Assembly (NCBI GenBank): GCA_964016885.1
Contig: OZ024751.1
Span: 7,378,001 to 7,442,000, forward strand
Direction: 5' to 3'
Source of the DNA: Eledone cirrhosa
Lineage: Eukaryota
DNA: 64,000 nt
The notes under the pieces: model-generated
The model's input: the letters and a program-made list of their open reading frames with translations, nothing else
Told to the model about the DNA's origin: nothing
The model's database searches: none
In this document: positions 26,922 to 40,830 of the stretch, piece after piece
Position numbering within the stretch: position 1 is the first letter of the stretch
Layout of the letters: each line of letters starts with the position of its first letter
Program-made: the position numbers and the translations under genes

Positions 26922-27548
26922 ATTGTATATATATATATATATTAGTAAAAAGGAGAAGAACATGCTGACAAATTTTTCCCAGTGAAAAATAGTTTCATTA
27001 GGAATAAGTATAAATTAGTAATAAGTATTGGTTAGTATTCAGTTTTAGTTTTAAGTTATTACCGGTTGCGAATTTCTAATGCTTTTCAAAATTAATTTTA
27101 AGATAGAGCACTCGTGATGTTTGCTCTAATCTAATCAGTTTTTGAAATTCTACCTGTTTTATGTGAAAAAAGTGGCTCCAAAGGTTTTAAGATTTGGTTG
27201 GTTGTTGAATGTCGCGTGAATAAGTACTATAAATTTCGCGCCAATTCGTATTGCCAAAATTCTTGTAGTCAAAACAATTTTGATTGGTCGGTAGAGGTCA
27301 CGTGAATGTTAAAAATTGATTTTAGCGCGAACTGATTTGACGCCAAATGTAGGTTTGTCGAAGAGTGTCCTTTTTCGCTTGATTGAATTGCAGTCATGTG
27401 GGAAAGTCACTGAAAAACTTGTCTATTAAGACAAATATGTGTGTGTTTGTGTGTAGTAAAGAGGTCATTGTTGTGATAATGGCCAGTAGAGATGTGTGTG
27501 TGTGAGTTGCAGTCATGTTGAAAGGTCAACAGTTCAGGTGTCTATTAA

Positions 27549-27622
<74 letters not shown>

Positions 27623-28207
27623 CGCTTGTGTGTGTGTGTGTGTGTAGCAGAGTGATTCGTGGTAGAGGGAATGAATCGGTCAGTAGGAATGTGTATGTAC
27701 GTGTGTGGGGGGCATTTTAACATGTTGAAACATATTTTTCAGGTCTTGTCTTATACGGAGAAGTGTGTGTGTGTGTGTGTATGTGTGTGTATGTGTGCAT
27801 ATGTCTGTTTGTATGTTAGTGTACACGTGAATGTGTGTGTGTGTGTGGATGTACCAGTATGTTTGTGATACTGGTAACAATGGTTTACATTATTCGGTAT
27901 TTTTAGTCATTTGCAAAAACTATTCTGTCAAAATAACATCAAAAACATCAATAATAAAAGGGATGAAATGATGTACAGTATTGTCATAACACGAAGGTGT
28001 GTGAGTGTCCAGATTGTACGTGCTGCAAGGGGAATCCATTAGACACTGCCGTATGGGATGCTTGTGTACAAATATGTATGTGCCCATCAATGTGCAATAC
28101 ATGTGTGCGTATGTGTATGGGTGTGTGTCGGCACGTTTATATCTATAAAACATCAAAAGGTATATACATTTGTGTATATTTGTGTTGCTCATAGAATATG
28201 TGTTTAC

Positions 28208-29740
28208 CTATGTCAGTGTGTTTATATGTGGATTGAAATGTATGTAGGATGTATGCTGATGTAGGTATGTATGTTGACGTGTGTATGTTGTGGGTTCGTC
28301 TTTGTGAGAAGTGTTTAGACGGGGTCCGTATTTGTTAATAAAGTGAGATTCCTTGCTGATGTGCTGGGTGTTGGTTGTATTATCTTTAAATTTGTAGAGA
28401 GGAAAGATTCTAAAGTTAGGATGATTTAGGGCGGCACAGGTATCAATGTGTTCACTCAGTGGTATTTTTCTGTATTCCCGTATCTTAATTTGGGATCTAT
28501 GGACAGCCATGCGTTGACGGACGCTGTTTTTAGTTTTGCCTATGTATTGTGCTCGACAACCTGAGCAAGTTAATACATATATTAGATTTTCTGATGCGCA
28601 TGTAAAACGTTGTCCTTCTTTGAAATATAATTCCGAACCCTCTATTAGGTTGATGCATATGCCACAGTTGGGTCTATAGTATTTCTTTAATGTGGGTTTC
28701 GATGTTGTGTTTGGCAGTACTTTGGAATGTGTTATGATGTTTTTCATTGACTTACATTGTCATTTGCTCTTCATGATTTCGTGTTCGAAGGATTTGGTTC
28801 ATTCTATGGTCCTTTTTTAACACGGGGATGTTCTGGAGGATGGTGTCAATGGCCTCATTGTTGAGGGGGTTGTGTGTGGAGATGTATGGAAGAGCTTTTA
28901 GTTTCGGTTGATTTACTTTAGGGTGTCTAAGGTTCTGGGTATTGAGTTTTAGGGCATGTTGGATTCCATTGTCAATTAGTGATGCAGGGTAGTCCCTGCT
29001 TATGAGTGTATCCTTTAATTCTTGTAGCCGTAAGTAACATATGTTTTTATTGGCTAAGTTGTAGGGAATATTAATTTTAACGTGTCTAGGGTGGCAATAA
29101 TTTAAATGAAGATATTGCTTGGAGTCTGTGGGTTTGTAGTATATGTCTGTTTCTATTTTGTTGTTATGAATCTTAATGAGGACGTCTAGGAAAGGGAGTT
29201 GCTGATGGCTGTATTCCATCGTAAAGTTAATATTCGTGGTGAGCCCATTTATAAGGGTGTGAAATTCTTTAAGTTCCTCGATGTTTTCGTGCCAAAGGAT
29301 GAAGCAGTCATCTAGATATCTCTTCCAGTACTTTTCTATGTGTAAGTGGAGAGTGTTTCCAAATTTGTTTAGTACTTTAGTGTAGAGGTTGATTTCCAGG
29401 TATCCCATGACTAGGTTGGCATAAGTGTGGGCCGTTTTCGTTCCCATAGCGGTCCCAGATTTCTGCCTGTAGGATCTGTTATTGAAAACGAAGTAATTGT
29501 TCTCCAAGATAAATTTGAGTACTTCTATCACGAATTCTTTTTTGATGCGTTGTGGGAGTCCTTTGTGGTAATTATTCAGCCAGAATTGGATAGCTTCTAT
29601 TCCTAGGTTGTGGGGGTTGTTGTAGTATAGGTTGACTACATCGAACGTCACTAGTAAGGGTTTGTTCAGTAAGGGGCATATTAGGGAGGTTATTGAGCAT
29701 ACCTAGGTCGTCCCTTATATAGCTTTTGATGTGTTTGAGA
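28208..29740 (-). mobile_element. Neptune-type Penelope-like element (RT plus CxxC-GIY-YIG), 5'-truncated and frameshifted
   Basis: ORF 28752..29651: TFDVVNLY, QKSGTAMGTK, WKRYLDDCF, LPFLDVLI, YYKPTDSKQYL; ORF 28208..28747: CGIC...NLIYVLTCSGCRAQYIGKT. Confidence 0.93.
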
Positions 29741-29889
29741 AAAAGAAAAAATATATACATATATCTCCAGATATAAAGCAATGCCTGTGCCGTGAAGCTT
29801 TTATATTTAGCAAAGGCACTGCACAAAGCCAGTTCCACTCTCTTAACCAAGATGATATTTACCAAAAATAAGAACAAGTCAACATCATT

Positions 29890-30170
29890 GGATACCATCA
29901 GGGTTGCGTGTGTTATATCAGAGCTTTCCTTCTCCTAGAATTCTGCCTTGACAAAGGCTAAGGGGTCATTTCTCCCGGCGATTTTTGATGGCCATTGACT
30001 CTTAAGAGGGCCTTAACCCTTTTACAGGTTTTGTTTTTAGTCCTGCAGGATGTACAAAGTCACCCTCCTCACCAAGAAACCTTGGTGGGGTTGCCAGTTT
30101 AGTCGCCAACGACCCGACCATGAGACATGTTGTACTGGGATACATGTTACCAGTAGCACCAACTGGTGAC
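29890..30170 (-). mobile_element. RTE 5'-UTR-like remnant
   Basis: agagctttccttctcctag resembles ggagtttccttctcctaa at 2231-2248 in the RTE 5' UTR. Confidence 0.45.
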
Positions 30171-30203
30171 CTGACATAATAATATATACATATATATACG
30201 CAT

Positions 30204-30913
<710 letters not shown>

Positions 30914-31022
30914 ATATGTTCTGATTTGTTAATTTATTAACCCGCCATAGAACCACATTGGCATACGAGTGGATAATACTTGTATCCCTATATATATTTT
31001 GTACACGTAGGAACACATACTT

Positions 31023-31092
<70 letters not shown>

Positions 31093-31100
31093 GTATATAT

Positions 31101-31762
31101 CTAGGGCGGGTAAAATTCCCGAGATCCATGGAGGGGTTCTCTCCAGCGGTCTCTGTTCCTCATTATCGCTGCCATTTCTTGTATCTCCAACAGACCAGTG
31201 TCTGTCCTTAGGGCATCAACATACGCTGAGTGCAGTGTCAACTCTGGATGTCGGTGAGCATGTTCAGCTAACCTCAGTCTCCTCCGTGTCACTTTTGAGC
31301 TGACTTTTGGGAGGCTTCCATAGAACTCTGAGTTTTTTCATCTTCAGTGTATACTGATTAATGTTCAGAGCCATCCTCAGCATTCTCGTGTAGCATCCAT
31401 CCATCATCTGAGTGAGTTTCTTGGTCAGTGTCCAAGTCTCAGACCCGTACAGCAGCACAGACTCCACTACAGCAATGAAGAGGCGGATCTTCAGATCTTC
31501 ACGAAGGTCCGACTTCCACACCGATCTCAAACTGTGGCACGCCGCCCAGGCTTTGCTCTTCTTCTTAACCACATCATCTTCCGTATTCCCAATCTTTGCT
31601 CCCAAATACAGGAAGTCCTCAACTAATTCCAGCGGCTTCCCGCCTTCATTAGTTATTCCCTCTGGCTTCTCAACATTCTCTACCAGACATTTTGTCTTAG
31701 TCTCATTCATTCTCAGCCCCACACTCATCGACACAGTCTCAACTTCCTGCATCAAATCCTTA
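31101..31762 (-). mobile_element. 3' fragment of an RTE-group LINE (same family as 47.5k)
   Basis: VGLRMNETKTK...FLYLG...LKIRLFIAVVESVLLYGSETWTLT; ends ccgccctag then (AT)n. Confidence 0.92.
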
Positions 31763-31763
31763 C

Positions 31764-31835
<72 letters not shown>

Positions 31836-31849
31836 AGTCGATCGACTTT

Positions 31850-32008
31850 CGTTAAATCGGACCGAGGAGACAATGTTTTCGTTGGTTTTTCCAATTGCTA
31901 TTACTCTCTATCGGTCGCAACTCCGAGAATCGCCTGGTCTCAGAATCGAACTCTCAACCCTACGATTGCGAATCCAATTTTGAAACCACTCAGCCACCCG
32001 CCTTCACA
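31850..32008 (-). mobile_element. tRNA-derived SINE head
   Basis: Reverse complement gtggctgagtgg (A box)...gagttcgattc (B box); no intact cloverleaf. Confidence 0.7.
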
Positions 32009-33401
32009 TATACAGTATATATATATATATTACATACTGTATCGTTTGCGTTATTCCTGTTTATCTTTTACATATATATGGGAACATTAATATATTAGCA
32101 TCATCTTTTTAAAGGTAGTTGACAAAATGGAGATGTGGTTTTGTTAGATATAATATATATAACATACTTGTGATAGCTTATTCTACTTAGCAAATTTTTG
32201 CTTCTCTCTCCCTCTCTGTACACCCGCCCCGCTGTACAAAGCTTCTGCTAACATATTTTGTAAAATATCTTTGTTTAAATGATTTTCTTGTAGAAACACT
32301 TACTTCACAATTTTATATTAGAAATTAATTCAATTTTGTTACATATTTATTTCATTTTTCCTCTGCATGTTTCAATTATCTTTGTATCAATTTGTTTTAG
32401 CATTGTGTTGCTTAGCATTTCATTCTTTCAGTCATTCTCTAATCCTGTCAGTGTTTCACTTTCCTCTGGTTATTTTTTTTTTTTTTTTTTGCTAATTTTT
32501 TAACTGTATATTCTCAATAGCTTCTCTCTTCCAAAATGTCTTCTCTGTATGATTATCACCAATGTTCACTAAAATTATTTCCGAAAATGCGTTTTTTCCT
32601 CATTGTAGACATAAAATGCACAGTTATATTCATTGGTCTCTCTCCGTTTCTCTGGACAGTCATTATCTTTTCCTTTCAAACTTGTGTTTCAAATTGTTCT
32701 CGTACTTTTAACATAACATTTTACGAACATTTTTTTTTTATTATTGAACATTGTATTTAATATTTCATTTCCTCCATGTCCATGTCTGTTTTATTTTCTC
32801 TTCCTCAAATATAATATTTTCTATTTTCTCTCCGCCATATTGTCCCTGGCTTCCTTTCTAACATCCTATTGTTGTTTGTGATGTTTATTTTAAAAAATAC
32901 TTCCTCTGGATTTTGGCATATAATATTGCTACCTTATGTTTTTAGCGATATATTTGTTTGGAAGGAGCTGTATATTGTGATAAATATTCTTTAAAATAAG
33001 TAATTTTAAACAACTATATTCTGGATATATTTTTGCTTATTATTAACATCGATTTTATCCCTCCAGTGTCAATAAATAAATAACAGAACATATAATAGGA
33101 GGATTATATCCACGAAATCACTTCCTTAATAAATTTAAGCCTTGTGCCTCAAGTAAAATTCAATAATATTTAATTATCTTAAACGTCCACGTTGTATCTA
33201 TTCAATTCATGGTTACCTACCCGTCCCCTATTCTGTTAAACTACGAAATGTCTCATACAGTTACATCATATGCTTCATTCTATTACTAACTCTCCTCTAA
33301 CACATCTATATATACCATTGCCTTTAAACATCTCCTCCCTGCTTCTATACCTTCATCCCTCTTTCCATTTTCTCAGTTTCTCTATCCACATCTATCTCCA
33401 G

Positions 33402-33503
<102 letters not shown>

Positions 33504-33727
33504 ATATATATATATATATATATATAAATATATATATATATAGGAACGAGTAGGACCCCGACAGCTGAGCTCGAGCCGTTTCGAAACGGCTTGGGCTCAG
33601 CCGTCGGGGTCCTACTCATTCCTATTACCCACTCTACTACCCTAAGTATTGAGTACTTTCGTGCGTTATGGTCCACCTGGTTCCTTACTACATTTCTTCC
33701 GTTATATATATATATATATATATATAT

Positions 33728-34250
33728 AAACGGAAAAAATGAAACAGAATTTCATTTCCCACTCTTAGTACGGCTGTTACTTAAATATAAGTATGTACAC
33801 GTACATACATATATGTATACAGACATACAGTAGTATGTATATATATATACATACATGCCCACATATATATATGTACGTTTATCGTTTTCGGTGCACCCGG
33901 CCGATTAACCCACTCGATATGCAAATTGGGCTACTCAGCCATTAATATGCATAAGGTAAGTATATACGTTCAACAATCTGGCAGGAAGGTATACGTTGCT
34001 GGCGATAGCTAATAAGCTTGAAACTAGTACAGCGTTCCTTTGTCAGTGTTGAACAAACGAGCAACGATGGTTGCTAGACACTACGACTTAATACGGGATG
34101 TTTGTTTCCAAACACACCGAGCATTATAATAAATGTTCGGTGAATCCATACGTACATATATATATATATGTGGGCATGTATGTATATATATATATACATA
34201 CTATTGTATGTATGTGTACATATATGTATGTACGTGTACATACTTATATA
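33728..34250. mobile_element. Retrozyme-like family A fold-back; HHR at 33993..34035 with CUGGCGA mutation
   Basis: 33728-33876 minus, 33877-34250 plus orientation. Confidence 0.85.
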
Positions 34251-34267
34251 TATATATATATATATCA

Positions 34268-35085
34268 GAGACGTAAAATAAGAAAATTATAACATTAACT
34301 TACTTACTAAAATATCACTTCCAACTAATTAGTTTCTGGAATGGAGTAAATATATTTTCCGAAGAAGATATGGAGAAACATTCCGTCGTCAGGGAAGTCT
34401 ATTCTCATCTAAGTTTCCAGGCAAAGCGAGGACTCTGGAAACTTATTAAAAAATAATTCAGTGGATAGGAAATAGCAAAGCGTGGACTGAATTCCTAGCC
34501 ATTGAGAAAATCACTGCCTCTGCGTCTGTGGCAAATTCAAAAAGAATTAAACACGTGACATCGAGGTCAATCAGTGGAAAGTGGTTTGCTAATAAGACAG
34601 CAGCGTGCCTACTACCATAGCAGCAGTCATGGCCAATATTGCTCGACAAATAATTTGGAGATAATTATAAAGAATTAATATCTAGTAACATATATATACA
34701 TACAGATGCATATCAATGCTAGCAAATATATAGGTTTTGTCTTAGTAACATTGTGGTTCAATGCATGGGGTTGCAGAACAGGGAAGTCTATTCTCATCTA
34801 AGTTTCCAGGCAAAGCGAGGACTCTGGAAACATATGACGACGGAATGTTTCTCTATATCTTCTTCGGAAAATATATTTACTCCATTCCAGAAACTAATTA
34901 GTTGGAAGTGATATTTTAGTAAGTAAGTTAATGTTATAATTTTCTTATTTTACGTCTCTCATATTATTGTTCTGCAACCCCATGCATTGAACTACAATGT
35001 TACTAAGACAAAACCTATATATTTGCTAGCATTGATATGCATCTGTATGTATATATATGTTACTAGATATTAATTATTTATAATT

Positions 35086-35088
<3 letters not shown>
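34268..35088. mobile_element. Retrozyme-like family F (about 520-nt circularly permuted unit) plus inverted copy
   Basis: 34391-34442 repeats at about 34780-34831; 34836-34959 inverts 34268-34391; 34967-35085 inverts 34662-34780. Confidence 0.75.
34317..34398 (-). ncRNA. Hammerhead ribozyme (family F)
   Basis: Reverse complement ACUUCC-CUGACGA-CGGAAUG...CAUUCCA-GAAAC UAAUUA GUU-GGAAGU. Confidence 0.85.
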
Positions 35089-35142
<54 letters not shown>

Positions 35143-35740
35143 TATTATTTATGCATGTTTATACCCGGAACCAAAGCGCTAACGTTTCTAGGCCAAATGC
35201 TAACGATCTCCCAATATTGTAAGGGTGAATCAGATTCTCGGCCTTATCAGCAAGTTCAGCAAGTGCTTGGACATGTTAGGAGATTCCGGTAAATAAGTAT
35301 CGTGTTAAACGCAGCATTGTGTGGATATAGTAAAACAAAATGGAATTAATCAAAGTTGTAAAATTGAGATGGCTATGTCATTGTCTTTGAATTAGTCTGC
35401 ATTCAATATCGTATATGTATGGAATTATGTCATGGTATGTAATATAGAGTTATGTATTAAGCTATACATTTGGTATTAAGCTATGCATTTGGGTTGTGTA
35501 GAAGGTGTACTGCAATATCTAAGAGTGGGAAAAAAGAAAGAAAATCACTAAGAAATTAAGGACATTCGTATCAACATGGTTGGAAATCAGTTGAATTCAT
35601 TAAGTGCTTCCACTTAGAAAAGAATTGGACTCTGAGATGTGAACATCCTCTAATAATATCGGTCTTCGAGTTCAAATTGGTACTATGAGGTAAAGAAACA
35701 TCTCTCCATTCGTCTTATGTAACTGTGTGAGTTACAGCTG

Positions 35741-35818
<78 letters not shown>

Positions 35819-36851
35819 TATAATGATAATGATGATTTCTTTATTAACCACAAGGGTTTACATAAAGTAGACATTAAGGACAGTGCAGGACAATGCAGGA
35901 CGGTACAAATGGGCATTTCTGCGTGTAAAAAACAAAAACAGAGGATGTAACAAAAAAATAACAATGAAAAATTCCCCAATAGGGGGGAGACTTCGGAGGG
36001 ACATTTGTGGAGAAAGCCCAGTAAAAAGCCACAATGACCCTGACCACCAAGGCAAGTGCCCTCTCCCAGTTTTCCACCTTTAATTTACAGATATATACTC
36101 AGAGTAGGCCCATTCACTCGGGCCATTCTTGCTTCTCTCACCCATCTTTCAACAAAATGCTGGGAAGAGAGCACTTCCCTCTCTACTCTGATTTTCCTTT
36201 TCAAATGAAATTTGAAAAAGTCAATCAGAGCATCACCGAAGAGGTAAGTGCTCGTCTTCAGCCCTTTCAAACGTGTCCACCATACTATCTCTTTCGCCAT
36301 GGCCATCAGGCAGATAAAAACTGCCTGCCCTTCCCGGCTAAAGGAGGAGGGCGGGGCAATCCTCACGATGGACTCAGATGATAGCCGGATCCGTCCTAAA
36401 CGCGACAGCAGGTGTTCGACGTAAACCCACAAGTCAGCAATTTTCGGACACTGGACGAGTGCGTGCAGGACGGTTTCGTCGCCCTGCGCGCATCTCGGAC
36501 ATGCCCGGCTGACGGCACCTCCATGCCTGTAGAGTTTATCCCGAACTGGCAAGGCTCCTCGGTAGGCCAGAGATTTCTGGAAGTTGTCCATAGGCCCTGG
36601 CCCGAAAGTTCTTCCGAAGAGATTGGCTAGTTGATTTTCGTCGACGCCTAGAGTTTCCCCAAGTACGTCGTCGCTCTTCCCCTCCACTAATCCTCTATAG
36701 AACGCCGAGGTGGAGTTTCCACCGATCACATTGCCCGATTGGTCGAGGGCTGTGAGCGCCTGAAGATATTCCAGTCTCCAGGCGCTCCCTCTCGGTCTTC
36801 GCTTGACCCAGGACTGCAGCTCCGTCAAGGAAATGAGCTGGGGAAATACGC

Positions 36852-36852
<1 letters not shown>
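35741..36852 (-). mobile_element. 3' end of a Tx1/L1-clade LINE (zf-RVT domain, 3' UTR, AATAAA, (ATT)n tail)
   Basis: LAYRGALPVRDKLYRHG...CPRCAQGDETVLHALVQCP; GC-rich open frame; minus-strand aataaa near 35840 then (TTA)n. Confidence 0.9.
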
Positions 36853-36924
<72 letters not shown>

Positions 36925-37193
36925 CATCTGTGTTTATGTGTGTGTGTGCGTGCGTGCGTACGTGCGTACATGCTTGTGTTTGTGTATTTGTAGCAATATC
37001 CGTAGATGTGAAAAAGAAAAGAGTGATTAATAGGGAAAAGACAAGAAATATCTTATATATTCACGATTTAATATACATATATATAACGAAGGGGTTTTGG
37101 TAAGGAACCAGGTGGACCATAACGCACCTGAGTACTCAATACCAGAAATAGCCGACGAAACGGCTTGAGCTCTGCCGTTGGGTCATTCTTTGT

Positions 37194-37240
<47 letters not shown>

Positions 37241-37245
<5 letters not shown>

Positions 37246-39045
37246 GAAGAAGTTTATGAAACGGAAATGCGGGTATAAAGAATTTACTAGGTAACAATTG
37301 TTTCTATAGTGTGGGGGTTACCTATACCTCGCTATTTGTATAATATAAAAATATTATCATAAATCGTAAGTACACTGTAAGAGAACACACCATGTCGTCA
37401 GACCTTTATGGTAGAATGATCGGAGAATATTTTATACACTAGATATGTGAGAAAGTAGGAGGTAGGAAGGGAAGAGGAAGAGGGAAGCGAATAAGGGGGA
37501 GGTAGTCTTAGGATTCAAGACTGTCAGAGTAGTAGAGATTGTATAGAGGAAAATGTTTTGGCAGCATTTAGCTAAATGAGGCGTGTTAGGGTTGGCGGGG
37601 GAAGTAAATTCTTGTAGTGGTGTTTGGACAAAATTTGTTTAAAGGGGTCAATGTAGTACAGAATTATAGACAAGTTATTCGGGCTATTATAGTAGCAGGA
37701 CATTTCTAAAGGGGTCTAAAAAAAACAGTGTTTAGTGCTATTATTATAAAAAGCGATATCGTGTGTATAAACATATAACAATATGAAATAAAAATAATAG
37801 AAATTTGCAAATGGTGGTGTATAAAGATAACATTATATGCATTTAAAAAAGAAAAAGTCGTTTTTAAACGATGGTTACAGTAATATGAACGTTCAATTTT
37901 GCTGTTCAAAAGTTTGTTTTCCGACGTTAAAATGCTTCATATTGCATAATTTACAAAATCGGTGATTTGGTTATAATGCTTGCGCCATGAAATAATTTGC
38001 CAATCAAGGGAGAATGCTTGATTGATCTTCCGAAGCTGCCATGCTTTATCGGCAAGGGTTGTTACGGAGCGCATTTTCTCATGCTTGATCGAAGATCGAT
38101 GTTGGTATAGGCGAGGGTTGTTACGAAGCGCATTTTCTCATGCTTGATCGAAGATCGATGTTGGTATAGGCTCGCCAATACCAACATCGATCTTCGATCA
38201 AGCATGAGAAAATACGCTCCGTAACAACCCTCGCCGATAAAGCCTGGCAGCTTCGGAAGAACAATCAAGCATTCTCCCTTGATTGGCCAATTATTTCATG
38301 GCGCAAGCATATGAGCAAAATTACCGATTTTGTAAATTATGCAATATGGAGATATACTGCATTTTAACGTCGGAAAACAAACTTTTAAACAGCAAAATTG
38401 AACGTTCATATTACTGTAACCATCGTTCAAAAACGACTTTTTTAAATGCATATAATGTTATCTTTTTACACCACCATTTGCAAATTTTTATTATTATTTC
38501 ATATTTTTATATGTTTATACACACGATATCGCTTTTTATAATAATAGCACTAAACACTGTTTTTTTAGACCCTTTAGAAATATCCTGCTACTATAATAGC
38601 CCCAATAACTTGTCTATAATTCTGTACTACATTGACCCCTTTAACTAAATTTTGTCCAAACAACACCACTAGAAGAATTTACTTCCCCCGCCAACCTAAC
38701 ACGCCTTATTTAACTAACTGCTGCCAAAACATTTTCTTCTATACAATCTCTACTACTCTGACAGTCTTGAATCCTAAGACTACCTCCCCCTTACTCGCTT
38801 CTCTCTTCCTCTTCCCTTCCTACCTCCTACTTTCTCACATATCTAGTGTATAAAATATTCTCCTATCATTCTACCATAAAGGTCTGACGACATGGTGTGT
38901 TCTCTTAAAGTGTACCTACGATTTGTGATAATATTTTTATATTATACAAATAGCGAGGTATAGGTAACCCACACACTATAGAAACAATTGTTACCTAGTG
39001 AATTCTTTATACCCGCATTTCCGTTTCATAAACTTCTTCTTCATA
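37241..39045. mobile_element. 1.8-kb fold-back of a Naiad-type PLE 3' end (GIY-YIG C-terminus, 3' UTR, HHR)
   Basis: atgaagaagaagtttatgaaacgg at 37241 is inverted at 39021-39044; ORF 38283..38648 has FCKLCNMEIYCILTSENKLLNSKIERSYYCNH. Confidence 0.88.
38880..38996 (+). ncRNA. Hammerhead ribozyme with about 90-nt stem II; mirror copy at 37289..37405 (-)
   Basis: AGGU-CUGACGA-CAUGGUGUG...CACACUAUA-GAAAC AAUU GUU-ACCU. Confidence 0.82.
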
Positions 39046-39468
39046 TTTTCTCCGGATTTTAAAGCATATTTTATTATATTTTATTATACGTTGAGCAATC
39101 TCCGACATCGGTTGACTCCATCCAATGCGACTACCTAGTAACATTGGAGTTCAGATTTATTAATTATATATATATATATATGAGATTTGATTAAAGAAAG
39201 AGTTTGAAAAGCGCATTTTGTATATATGTACATAAATACATATATATACGAATGATCTTTTAATCTGTACAATAATTGATGTGGTTGAGAATCAGCATGC
39301 AGGTGTTTTAACGAAAATACAATCTCACCTAATAACAAAAGTTTTCATAATCCAAAATGGAGAGAGTAGAATTTGCTAACAACAATTTCTAGCATAAATA
39401 TGTTTCTTATATATAATTAACATGTTCTAAAGATTGAATATATATGTATATATATATATATTTATATT

Positions 39469-39575
<107 letters not shown>

Positions 39576-40158
39576 ACATGTTCTAAAGACTGTAATAATT
39601 CTGTTGACAGATTAATTGCATAAGTTTATTTTAAAAACTACTCGGTTGAGTGCTTATTCGATTTGTGCTATCTATACCATTTTTTGTTTGATATACACAT
39701 ACTGAATTCATTTGCCAAAATCTTGGATTTGTTCCCCTTGTGAGTTACACATGTGCTTTTACAATGTACTACGTCATTCACAAAGATAGTGCAGAGCAAA
39801 ATTACCTGTTGATAACGTGATATTCCTTAGTTCGATCATTATGCTAAAAGCTTATAATCTTAAGCAGACAGTATTATTGATTTAGGTGTCATAGAAACCC
39901 TGCATTTGGATATTACCATCAATTCCATTTGGGTCCAGGTCGGTGTTTATCATTTATTTTGTTTGACCTGTTTAGCTTGAGTTGTTGTTTTGGGGGGCTT
40001 AGGTGGTTAATGCGTTCTTGACCACTTTTTCAGTTTGTATGAAGTTTTAACATATTGTTTAGCTCTAGTTTTCTTAACTATTGGAGCGCTTGCCAGCATG
40101 TCTACGATTTTGCGTTTCGTTTCGCTTCTTCTCCCAGCCGAAATACGATTCTCGATGA

Positions 40159-40204
<46 letters not shown>

Positions 40205-40205
40205 G

Positions 40206-40830
40206 GTCCGCTTTTAAAACCCACTTTTTATCATTTCACCACAGAAATGTTGGTCTGAACTTGTATGTGGAGGTTGAAGCCTTTAAATAAAACTGTAAGT
40301 TCTTTCCTAAACCTGTCGCTAGCGCGGGGACCGCACTTGGTCATGGTCAAAATACTGTCATCGTGGTACAGGCCTCCTCCGCATACATTATGGAATTTTT
40401 CCTTGATAATGAAAAGTAGGAAAAGGCCGATAAGATCTGTAACCCACGCCGAATCGCTGTCGCCCATACACACGTTGAATGGAGTACTATTATAATTTTT
40501 ATCCAAATAGAGTGTGTCGAAATTAATCACCGACTTACGGGCATTTAGGATGAAATCAATATCGAAATCCTTAACCACCGTTAGCATTTTAGCGAAATTG
40601 ATAGCTCTAAGAAGGATTGGTAAATTGATGGAAGAGTAGTATTTTTTTTTATGTCAAATTGGGTAAAGCGGCAATGTTCTTTGTTGCCTATGCCATTGAA
40701 CCAATCAATCACTGCGAAAGAAATATTCCACAGGGCAAGAGGGGCCAAGCTTCTAATTTCGGGTATAATTCTATCTAAAAGTATTTTACTATGTCTGCCT
40801 AAATCGGATTCGTAGGGTTTAATAGCCGAA
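40206..40830 (-). pseudogene. Naiad-type PLE reverse-transcriptase fragment
   Basis: FNVCMGDSDSAWVTDLIGLFLL...GGLYHDDSIL...DRFRKELTVLFKGFNL. Confidence 0.85.

Noticed and set aside
31920-32008. tRNA gene
   Set aside because: A and B boxes are present but no proper cloverleaf; treated as a SINE head.
32100-33000. Purine-rich minus strand resembling a decayed LINE ORF1 or host exon
   Set aside because: No open frame or recognisable motif.
35175-35260. Minus-strand cugauaa-ggcc...ggccua-gaaacguu
   Set aside because: C3-A8 mismatch and no stem I; not counted as a ribozyme.
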